The notes under the pieces: generated by a model
Told to the model about the DNA's origin: nothing
Database searches by the model: none
Seen by the model: the letters and a program-made list of their open reading frames with translations, nothing else
Made by a program: the position numbers and the translations under genes
Shown: positions 49,201-61,200 of the stretch, piece after piece
How the letters are laid out: each line of letters opens with the position of its first letter
Position numbering within the stretch: position 1 is the stretch's first letter
Assembly: GCF_902459465.1 (NCBI RefSeq)
Contig: NC_047073.1
Span: 13,268,001 to 13,332,000 of the forward strand
Direction of reading: 5' to 3'
DNA from: Asterias rubens
Lineage: Eukaryota
Length of the DNA stretch: 64,000 bases

Positions 49201-52200
49201 CGGATGATAGGTGAGACACTGTTCAAAAAGCATGCATGTTACACACCCCCCCCCCCTCCCCGGTTGTTTGTTGTTGAAAGTACTAGCCTTTGAACTCTCA
49301 ATAAAGGAAAAAGTTATTCCTATCTTTTAATTTTTTTCAGATGACTTGGGACCAAGTTGTCTGGTGCCAAGTTGATTTTGGACCGACTTGACTTTGGACC
49401 GAGCTAATTTTAGCCCAAGTTGAATGATTATGGACCCAATTAAAGCCATTACACACTTTCGGAACAGAGAAAAAAAAGTTCACAGATTTACAAATAGCTT
49501 ACAGGGTTTACAGAAGGTAATGGTAAAAGACTTCTCTTGAAATATTATTCCATGAAATGCTTTGCTTTTTGAGAAAACATTAAAACAGTTATCAGTTCTC
49601 GACATCGAGAATTACGGATTTATAGTAAACACATGTCATGACACGGCGAAACGTGCGGAAACAAGGGTGGGTTTTCCCGGTATTTTCTCCCGACTCCGAT
49701 AACCGATTGAGCCTAAATTTTCACAGGTTTTTTATTTTATATAAGTTGTGATACACGAAGTGTGGGCCTTGGACAATACTGTTTACCGAAGGTGTCCAAT
49801 GACTTTAACATTGTACAGAGTCGATTGTGGACCGAGTTGACTTCAGACATAGTTGACTTCAGACTCAGTTGGCACTGGGATGGAGTTGACTTTGGACTGG
49901 GGTGACCTTGGACAGAGTTGACTCGGACCAAGTTGAATTCCGACCAAGTTGATTTCAAACCCAGGTGACTCAAACAAAATTAACTTCGAACTGAGTTAAC
50001 TTCAAACCCTGAGTGACTTTAGACCAAGTTGACTTGGTACCGAATTTACTTCAGACCAAGTTGATTTCATAATAAGTTGACTACCAAACCCAAGTGACCC
50101 AAACAAGTTTGACTTTGGACCGAAATGATTCAGGAATTAATTGTCAATAACTTGTACTTTTGTTCAGTCCAAGGGAATCAGAGTGGAAGGTGTGTACAGA
50201 AAACATTAAGGGTGTGTCGACCACACAGTCCATCTGCAATCAAACCACATGTTATGTTGTATGCTATATGCAAGGAATGGGTGCCAGATATCGAGTCAAT
50301 TCTAAAAATCTTCTCGGGACAAACTACTCTGGAGACGTCCACTTCAATATTGATCAAGAGAGTAAGTTACTCCTAGTACCAGTTGCTTATTTGGTGTCAT
50401 TAAAAACGGCAGGGGCTTAAAGACACTGGACACTATTAGTAGTTGTCAAAGACTAGTCTTCACAGTTGGTGTATCTCAACATGTGCATAAAATTACAAAC
50501 ATGTGAAAATTTGAGCTCAATCGGTCATCAAACTTGCGAGATAATTATGAAAGAAAAAAACACACCTGTCACACGAAGTTGTGCGCATTTAGATGGTTGA
50601 TTTCGAGACCTCAAGTTCTAATTCTGAGGTCTCGAAATCAAATTCGTGGAAAATTACTTCTTTCTCGAAAAATATGGCACTTCAGAGGGAGCCGTTTCTA
50701 ACAATGTTTTATACCATCAACCTCTCCCCATTACTCGTCACCAAGAAAAGTTTTATGCTAATAATTATTTTGAGTAATTAACCAATAGTGTCTACTGCCT
50801 TTAAAGGCACTGGACACTATTGGTAATTGTCAAAGACTAGTCTTCACAGTTGGTGTATCTCAACATATGCATAAAATAACAAACCTGTGAAAATTTGAGC
50901 TCAATCGGTCGTCGAAGTTGCGAGATATTAATGAAAGAAAAAACACCCTTGTCACACGAAGTTGTGTGCTTTCAGATGCTTGATTTCGATACCTCAAATT
51001 CTAAATCTGAGGTCTCAAAATCAAATTCGTGTAAAATTACTTCTTTCTTGAAAACTACGTTACTTTATAGGGAGCCGTTTCTCACAATGTCCACTGCCTT
51101 TAACTTTAGGCCAGATACAACATTCCACTGTTTATTTTAACATAAGTTTAGTATTATACCATCACCATTATACTGGTTATATGATTTGAGGCATTGCATG
51201 GTGAGGTATCAATTGGTTTGTGGTAACACCATTTGTGACCCGCTACGTGAAAATGAGTCAGATGTCGCCCAATGCATTATTAAGTTATGGATAGTTTAAT
51301 GTGTGAAAAAAAAAAAAAAAAAATCTTTATTTGCATGGTTAATCTTGAGAACATTTACCTTTAGGCTATAAAGCTATGAATACAACAATTTTGTGATCAT
51401 ACTTATGTCTAATTTGTATCCTTTCGCGCGAAATGGTAGTTTAAAACATCACTTTACTTGTAGTTCACTTTTCAGAAAAAAAGGATGTATTGGCTAATTT
51501 CAAACGGGAGTAACTCAGAAACGCGACACACCCCAAAGCTTAGACATATACCAAATTACTGCTGCTGGTGTGTTCTTTCCAGCCGTGTATACAACTCAAT
51601 TCTTGAAAGTGTCAACATCTGACTCATTTTCACATAGCGGGTCACATTTGTGTATCTACTTGCCAGGTAGAGTTTGTTCTTCAGAGAACTGTCTTTCTGT
51701 ATTCTACTACCGCGGAGTAGATTTATCTGACTTTTTTGTGAGACTTCTCAGTTCTGAAATCGGCTGGGACTATTACTTTAGCTTATAGGATCTACTTTAG
51801 CTTATGTAAACATAGTCCCAAATCTTGCAGGAAATACTGTATGTTACAGCGCCAGGAGCTTCACTTAGTGACGGGCATGTGCCCTATATAAGAAGCCACG
51901 ACTATTACTATTATTAATTATTATTATTAACTATTAACTGAGTTATTAAATTATTGTTCTCAACGGACAAGCTTGCTGTAGTCATGGTTAGGAGACTATG
52001 AAGAGATATGAGAGAAGTGGGTCTATTTATACTTGTTATGTTTTGAAAATGTCATCTGCATACCTCTTCTTCTCCGATCTGATTGATGCAGCAATACCGA
52101 ATCCGCCATCAGACATCAAGGTCCAGCATGAGTCAGCTACTTCACTTCTAATAACATGGACACCAGACCCAGGAGTAGCTACACCAAGTCGTCAACACCT

Positions 52201-55200
52201 CGTGACCTACATTGTGAAGTACCGTTGGGAAGGGGAGGAGAAGTGGTCAAAAAAAGAGGTAAAAGAATATAACAATAAGAATTGAAACAATGGTGGCGAA
52301 AAAGGTGTTGGTACATGTAGTACATTGTAGGATGGAGGGAAACATGCACAAGGCAGGGAGTTCCAAAGAGTTGCAGTGCATGGAATAAAGCTGTTGGAAT
52401 GGCTCCTTGTACTACATCTCAGCAAATCAGGAGTTTATGGGTGATTTGTATGTTGAAAATTTTAAGGTCTTATTCAATGTGTTTTTTCCAGGCTCTTGAA
52501 AAGAATGAGGTTTTGCTGACCGGGTTGAGTAATCCTTATGGCCTCTACTTCGTCAAAGTCAAGTGTTCTTCTTATTTTCCATCAAAAAAAGGTGGTAAAT
52601 ATTCTAGAGTGGTCGCTGGACGAACATCGGAAGAAGGTCAGTACGGAACAAAACTCTCTTCTAGTGATATCCTCTATCCTATATCACACAGAATTCAGTA
52701 CAAACTTAGCCTGTTTCTTTACAACGCCCTTCAAAACAATGCTCTAGAATATACCTCATCAATATCTCATCAACCCATACACCTCAGCACACACAGGACT
52801 GCATTTTTATTTATTTTACTTTTGTTTATGCAAGTTGCATGACACACGAGGCCTGAAGGCCACTTCAAGGTGTGGGCTACAATTATTTCTTTCCAAAGGC
52901 CGTTGCCACCTACTCCTAGGGCTGAAACAGGGTTGCCCCCTTTACAGTCCATATGGATGTAGGCTTGGGTATCATCCATCAGAAGCCTGGCTGGTGGAGC
53001 AGAAAGCACTACCCCCTCAAGTGTTCAAATGAGCTCATTATGCTTCATCAGCCCAGAACTTCTACTCTTTGGGGCAATAGGTCTTTTTCTGTAGCATAAA
53101 CCCGCGTGCAGAAGCAACTCCCCCTGACTGTCAAATCATCTCCATCCACCACAACATTCAAGACAAACTTAAAATCGCACCTGGTCAAATAAGGATACTA
53201 ACACAATGCACAGTTCTAAGTTGTTGTTCAGTTGCAGTTACCACGAGTCCTGTTTTTAGGCGGAAACCAGTGCTACTATTAAAGACAGTTTTCCAGTCTT
53301 CTAATTCTGTTTATCTCAACATATGCTTTATTGTTATTATTTATCCTGGTTTTTCCTCTCACATGATTGTAGTGTTGTAAAAGAAGATAAACTCGGACGA
53401 GAACAAAGATTTTGATCAACTGCTCTTTCAAAATTTCACAAAAGAAGTACCGCCACTTGTCTGTAGAATGGCAAAATTAAACCCTATGGGGACACATGGT
53501 AAACTGACCTCCCTGCCAACTTACTGCGACCGTGATGTAAAACTAACTGGTCGAAAAAGGTCGCGGAAGACTTCCGCGTAGACATGGTAACTAAACTAAA
53601 ATATTACACCAAAGCCAGTCACGGCTTAAGATTGACTGATTGATTTTTTTATTCACTCACAGCGCCTGTTGATGCTCCAAGGAATTTTAGCTGTGTTTCT
53701 GAAATCCTGGAAAGAACCGACAGAAGAAGTATTCACTTATCTTGGGAGGTAAAGTAATTTTTGTACTTGAAAAATATAGTTTTAAACAATGGTGATTTTG
53801 GGTTGAACATATACATATTTACCAAAGGGGGATTTGAACGAACGACCTCCAGATTAAACTGGTGCTCTACCAACTGAGCTATCTAGCCATGTTGGTGGTC
53901 TTCCTTTTTTTGCCAGTATCTTTGTTCGGGGGTTCCAGTCAGAAGCCATACAACCGTAAGCTGCATGTAGCCAGGGATCGCACCCAAGTTTACAATATCT
54001 CAGTTGGTAGAGCGCCGGCGCATTTATTCCGAGCTTCAAAACCTCCTTAATTTTTATTTGTTCAACCCTAAAAACTGTTTGTTAGGGTGTAGGTGTTGCT
54101 TTGTAAGGATGCACAGTGCAGAAACCTTTTATAAAAAAAAGTGTAACGCTTTTCGTCCTCGAGTCTTTAATGGTATCGGCCTGGACACAAATAAATGTCT
54201 CTGTTTATAAATCTTTTTAAATCGTTCATTTAATCAGGGCCCAATTTCATTTCATTGGGCCCAGGTCACAAAACAATCATTTGGCTTTTTACTTTGAAAT
54301 CTGGATGTACTCTGTCTTTCAGGGTGAAAGCGCTAATTCTTTCTTTACAGAGGCGTACTTTATAGGTCGCGAACGTTCTCAACTGTGCCAAGCAACTTCG
54401 CTCTAAGCGTGGGAACGCCGGCTCCTGCGCATCCGGTAGTCAACAGCATGCGGCTGTTTCCTGCCGAAGTGTGCCAAGCCCCACCGGCCCGAACAGACAG
54501 CACCTCCTTTTGATATTCTCTGCAATAGGTTCAACATTTTGTGTGGTTTCTGTTTTTCAGTTGTTGACGGATAAATTCAAGAGGAATGGAGAAATCACTG
54601 ATCTGATTATCCGAGTCAGGCAAATGGTTAATACGAGTGCTCCAGCAGAGGTTAGGATTGTGGGACCAAATGTGACCAGCTATACACTAGAAGGTAAGAA
54701 GATTGTATAAACCTTATGCACATGACGTCATGTCAGTAGGGCGCCCTCACCTACAGGTCAAAAGGAGGTTGTTCATTGGCCAGTTCTATGCGCCGCGCTT
54801 ACAAATCTATGGGTTTTGATAGTTTCCTCACCGTTTTACTTCTAAGATGGCGGCTGGATGACGTCAACGCATCTGTTTGGATTGCAGCAACATTATTTGT
54901 GTATCTATGTGCCAGGTAAATTTTGTTCTTGAACTGTCTTGCTTTATATTCTACTACCGCGAAGGAGATTTTTGGATTTCAGGATACTTCTCAGTTCTGA
55001 AAAAACTGTCCTGCTTTTGAACTACTAGCTAGGAGGAAGGTAGAAAATCGGCTGGGACTATATTACTTCAGCTTTAATAGTGGATCGTGATTAATTTCAC
55101 TATTGCTTAGTGAGTTCTTGTAATTGATCACTATGTTTTGACTGGTTTGCTCTAGTCATCGTTAGGAATATTATGGCTTTGGCTTCCACAGTGGCTTTTG

Positions 55201-58200
55201 ATCCATGAGCCACAAGCTGATATTTTGTTTTTATATATGCTGTGTCTTAATTGGCGGCTATGGCTATGGCTAGGGCTGGATCCATGAAGTCTAGGATGTT
55301 CTTAGCACCAATAATAGCCAGAGTTATAACCACTTATTCGGGTACGCTGAAACAGCACCCTCAAAGCTCAAACAGCGTATATTGAATAGGGACTCACAGT
55401 GAATCACAACACCCTGGCTTTGAGCCACGGCCAATAATCTGCCATGGGGATCCAATGAACAATTTTGGCAGCCTGATGCCACAATTTTATAACAACAGGA
55501 CAAAGGGTTCAGAATTGGGGGTTTCACATTAACCCTTGGAAAGAGATTTTACAAGGCATGTTTCAAGAACCTGTTGTTGACTCGGTGGAACAATTAAGTG
55601 TATCACAGTGATCAGTTGACTTGTGCTCAGTATCTGCGGAACATTCACTGCGAAACATTCACTGCAAAAACAGCCCCGTGACAAAAGTTCGCTTCACATT
55701 TGAATTTGCAGGAAGTGTGATCCGGGCTTTATTCTGTCCCAAAACAATTTTGCGGAAAAAGGTGCCATGTGGCGTGAAGTGATTAGTTTGACAATTTAGT
55801 TATTGATCTGCACTCTCTATGCTTTCTATCGTCAGATATGAAATTAGAGGAAAAGTATGAAATCACTTTGCGATTACGTAACTCAGTGAGACAATCAGGG
55901 AATTACAGCCTTTGCACCACTGAGCCGATTCCATCAGGTAAGTTTGTTATTAAAGGCAGTAGGCACTACTGGTAATTACCCAGTATATCTGTCGGGGGTT
56001 GTGTTTGGACTGTACCTGGGGGAAGTTTGGCCCTGACTAGTATGTCACCAAGGTTCTTTGGGCGGCGGAATGCAACCATGGGAACCTCAGGGATTGCTGA
56101 GTGTAACCTGCTGGAGGAGTGAAGTATAGGCATGTTATTATTGAGAATTGAGGGAAGTTTGGGTAGTTTGGGGTGGAAGGTGGTGACCAAAGCAACTCTA
56201 TTGGTAGGAGCTTTTTTAGCTCCCGTGTTAGTCAACAGAGTATGACGAAGTACGTTGAGAGCCCTGTTGATAGCAAGTTGGACCCTACGTTCGCTGTGTC
56301 CCCTAGATACAAGGTGTTTCCTTAGCTCTGATGAGCACCTCTTGTACAGGGTATCTGTGGAACAGATACGCCTGATACGTAAGGCCTGAGTGTAAGCAAT
56401 TGCCTTCTTACAGTGACTAGGGTGACAGCTATTGGAGAGAAGGTACTGGTGGGTGTCGGTGGGTTTACTGTAAACATCTGTGACAAGGCCATTAGGAGAC
56501 TTGGTTATTGTCACATCTAAGCTGTCTAGGTCACCACACCAGATGGAGAAAATATCATCAATAAATCTCCACCAAACTAGTGGTCGGTTTGGGGCGGAGG
56601 ACAGGAGTCTGTCCTCCAATTGAGACATGAATAGGTTAGCATATGAGGGTGCCATTTTGGTACCCATGGCAGTACCCTGTTCCTGTAGAAAATGCCTGTC
56701 AGAAAATGTGAAATTATTCTTCATGTGTTCCTTAATATGACTCACTGAGGGGCGGGACTGATTACTAGCATTGAGGGCAGAGACACATGCACTCATGCCT
56801 TCATGATGGGGTATGTTAGTATACAGTGATGAAACATCAAAAGTAACCAAAATAGCAGAGTCAGGTATTTGGTGCTTGACCTCATCTAGTTTGTGGAGAA
56901 AGTCTTTGGTATCCTTGATGAAGGAAGGAATACGGCAGACTAAGTGTTTGAGGAAGCTATCAACAAACTCAGAAATGCGCTCTGTGGGGCTACCATTCCC
57001 AGATACAATAGGTCTCCCCGGGTTATTGGGCTTGTGTATCTTAGGTAGAAGGTAGAACCTTGCTGTACGGGGGTCATGTGGGAGGAGATAGTTAAATGTA
57101 TCTTTCTCAATACCATTGGCATTATAAATCCTAACCAGGGTGTCACTGATATCTTGGGAGAAAGATTCAGTGGGATCAGAAGCACATTCAATGTAATGAT
57201 CAGTGTTACTGAGCTGTCTAAGGCCCTCAGCAATGTAGTCATGTGTGTGTTCATGACTACAACTGCGGACCCCTTGTCAGCCCGTTTAATCACTATGTCT
57301 GGTGATTGGCAGAGTTGTGTAAGGGCGTGCCGCTCATCTTGGGGGAGGTTATTGGGAGTAGGGGTACTAGGGGCCTTAAGAACCTCGGAGTTAACCGAAT
57401 TGATGTATGTCTCTAGAGACACATCTCGGTTCTTAGGGGGTACCCAAGTACTCTTTTCCCTGAAGCGGTTGCGGGGAATAGGTTGGGTCTCCACAGATGA
57501 CTCGTCGTCGATGGAGGGCTCTACATGAAAGTATTCACGTAGGCGTAACCTACGATTGAATTGGGCCATGTCCTGTTGGAAAAGAAGTTGGTTAGGCTCT
57601 CTGGGTGTGGGGCAAATCTTAAGACCCCTTGAGAGGAGTTTAACCTGTGGGTCAGTAAGGACCATGTCAGACAGGTTAACTACAGTATTGGTCTCTGGCG
57701 ACCTAACAGTAGGAGGAGCAATGGTGGCTCTCTTACTGTGGAAACGTCTATGGGTGTGTTTCTTATGGTTAGCCTGGACATTCATACGTTTCTTGTTCTG
57801 TGTGTCCATTAGAGTGGACCTTAAGTGTTTGACGTTACATAGTATGGTATCTTGTAACTGTTCAAACTCTTCAATAGAACATGACTCCTGGAGTTGAGAC
57901 TCAGTGTTTGTTATCTCATGTAACTGATTATCAATGAATTGTTGGCATTGATTTTCCAGCAACTTGATCGAACGGAAAGACGTATTAGTGAGTGTCTTGT
58001 TCCATTTCTTCAAAAAGGATGGGTCAAGGTCCCCAAAGGAAGGGGTACACTTGATCTGTAGGCCTTTGGGAATGATACGGGACAAACGATAAAAACGGTA
58101 GTTATCAAGATGTGACAAGTAACGGGTGTTCTTTTCCTTAAGCTTACGAAGCTTGCGGAAAATGCACTTGGTGTCGGGAGCAAGTGCCATAATGGATGGG

Positions 58201-61200
58201 GGAATACAGTCAAGGGGAAATATGATAAATTGTTTAACAAGACCCTGTAAAAGAACGGGTTAAACCTGCAAAAAAATAAAGTATGTACAAACCTGAAAAG
58301 ACAAAATGGGTTAACACAAACCTGTTGAAAAAATAGGGGTTAACATAATCCTGTAAAAAGAATGTAGTCAATAATAGGAACCTGTTAAAATAGTAAATTA
58401 TGAAAACTTATCAAAAACCTGCAATATAACGGGTTATAAAACCTGCAAAATCAAGTAATGTACAAACCTGAAAGGGAAGACATTAACATAAACCTGTGAA
58501 AAAATTGGGGTTAATCCAATTATGTAAAATAAAGGGTTGTAAAACCTGCAAAAAAATATGTTATGTACAAGTCTGAAAAGGAAAAGTTATGTACAAACCT
58601 GAAAGGGAAAACGTTAATATAAACCTGTGAAAAAATAGCGATAAATATAGTCCTGTAAAAGAAAGGGTTATAAAACCTGCAGAAAAATATACGTAATGTA
58701 CAAATCTGAAAAGGAAAACGTTAACAAAAAATCTGAAAAGGAAAACATTAACGCAAGCCTGTGAAAAAAAGCGGGTTAAACACAATCCTGTAAAACAAAT
58801 AGGTTAAAAACCTGCCAACCAAATTATTTAGTTGTATTTACAAACCTATAGGGTGAAAAATAATGATTTATGGAAAAATGTTAGAAAATGTTCTGAGAAG
58901 AACAGGTAGAAAGTGGGAAAAGATAAAATGGATATGGTTATGACAATTAAAAACAAAATACAAGCAAATCAAGGGGATCACCCCGAAGGGATACAACAAC
59001 AGAGAAATAAAAGTTTCTTACTACGACTTGTGGAGGGTCTGTTGAAACCGTTGAGTTGCAGACAGGAAAATCCTGGTGACCGGGAATATATATAATGAAT
59101 AGGGTAGATGGCCTTAGCTTTCGATCCAATCCGGACCTTCTTCAGAGGCATAAAACAAGTACAAACAAATACATATCCATTTATAGAAAAAGAGAGGGGG
59201 AAAGGGATTAAGGAAAGGATCCAGAAAGAAGCAGGAAAATATATATATATTTTTTTAACGAACACAAGTAAAATGATATTTTAAACTACCATTTCGCGCA
59301 AAAAGGATACAAATTAGACTAAAGTAGGGTCACAACATTGTTGTTTCGTAGCTTTATTGCCTAAAAATAAGTGTTCTGGAAGTTTACCATGCAAATATAG
59401 ATCTTATAAGAAAAGAAGAAGAAGATATTTTCCACTTAAAACTGTCCATTACTTAATAATGCATTGGGCGACTTCACATCTGACTCATTTTCACAGAGTG
59501 GGTCACATGATTCCTCAAACCTGTGATGAAAAGTCCAATATTAAATCACCAAAACTGATCACATTTCATGTTATGTCTCCAACTTCCGAATAATTTTGTT
59601 GTCTTCACTTTTTCCCAGGTGATTTGTCCGTGTTCCTCACTGTTGCATGTGTGGGCAGTATTTGTCTGTTTGCAGCCATCTTTTGGACGGGTTTTAAGTT
59701 CTACAAGAAGGTTATGAACGGCATTCCAAATTTTCAACTTCCACCACATCTTGGGGTAAGTGGGTCTTACTTATAGTTTTCACTGGTAGTCATACTAAGT
59801 GGGTAGCGTTGACTGGGGGTTGCGATGCACACAGCTTTAAATGACACAAGAAAATACAATTACTGGCTTTTCTGTCGCTTGTTCTGGCGCTGTATTTACC
59901 CTCACTAGACTTCTTCTATGGTCACCTTGCCAGTTAGTTTAGAATTTTAGCATAGTTAGGGTTAGAGGCGTCTGTCTCCTGAAAAGGTCAAAACATTACC
60001 GATGCCAGCAGAGATAGGCCTATGTAATAAGTAATTAACTAGTTTTTTGTTGGCGGGACAGACGTATCCCCATACTTTTGTTTGGGCACTGGCCTGGTAA
60101 CCAGTCTTTTTTTCCACTCTGTGCTTTTTGACAAGTGTTCTGCGCCTCTGATCATTTTGTATGTAAGGGGCGCAATATAAATTTTAAATATTATTATTAT
60201 TATTATTATTACTAGTCATGACTTTTACATGAAGAAGAAGGCCCAAACCGCACGAGAGGGTTTCAAAGGCGGCCAGCTGTGCTCCGATGGGGAGTTGGCT
60301 GGCGCCCCCTCGCACCGCTGCTACAATTTGTTAAAGGCATATCTCAAGGGCGCCAGTCAATGTGAATGATCATATTGAAAAGATTTTTTCTAAAATTTTT
60401 GATTTTTTCTAAGATTTTTTTCTAAAATTTTAAATTTTTTCTAAGATTTTTTTCTAAAATTTAATTTTAAATTTAATTTTCATTAATTATTTGCTGGACC
60501 TGTTCTTGTACTTAATTTGTTTATTGAAGTTTATTGAAGTCTCCTTTTTTTACCAATATGGAAAAAATGTTGGTTGAATTTAGTTTAATTGATTTGAATT
60601 GAAAGTACAGTGTATATCCTTTTCTCTAATAAATTAATACAGGTTATTTCATTCATTCTGTCTCATTTACAGAATAGCAACTTGTACTTTTCGGCAAGAA
60701 GTCCTCATCGGACATTGACACAAGAAAAAGAAGTTTACGATGAACTACTCACAGGCGATAGTCTATTTGTTGATCTCCCATCTGAGAAGACACCCTTTGA
60801 CAGCCCAGGGGTTAGTCCAGGACCTAACAATAATTTAGCCTTCTCGGTCACATTTGATAATGGAAATACACCCCAAGAGAATGTAGAAAGTTTCCCTCGG
60901 GGCAAAGTTGATGAACTAGACATCCCTTTTTCATCGTTACCGCCTACGGAGAGAGAAGCACACCGAAGTAGACATTGGTCCTCCGAGACTTGCACCTCAT
61001 CTCTGAACAGTCCCATCAGCGTTGGGAGCGGGGGGAGCTACTTCGTCTTGCGTGAATCCGATTCCACCAGCTACTGCGTCCTTGCTAAGGATGGCTTCTC
61101 TCCAGCAAAGGAGAACAATCGACAGGATCAGGACCTCTCTGATGTAGGGGCGTCTGGGGGTTTGACACCTTGCTTGGACCTGGAGACTGATTCAGATGGA

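Larger units (their letters stand above)
55982..59262 (-). mobile_element. Penelope-like retroelement (Neptune-like), decayed, 3'-truncated before the GIY-YIG endonuclease
   Basis: Single RT ORF from 58190, broken by a 2-nt slip at ~57245. Motifs IKRADKG, YLLPKIHK, GRPIVS, FDVSSLYTNI, GTAMGTKMAPSYANLFM, WWRFIDDIF, YSKPTDTHQYL, SCHP. Upstream hammerhead-bearing leader. Confidence 0.88.

Noticed and set aside
56813-57897. Plus-strand ORFs over the PLE
   Set aside because: Antisense shadows of the RT ORF.
58243-58850. CRISPR-like repeat array
   Set aside because: Units are degenerate along their whole length with no unique spacers or cas genes, and the context is eukaryotic.
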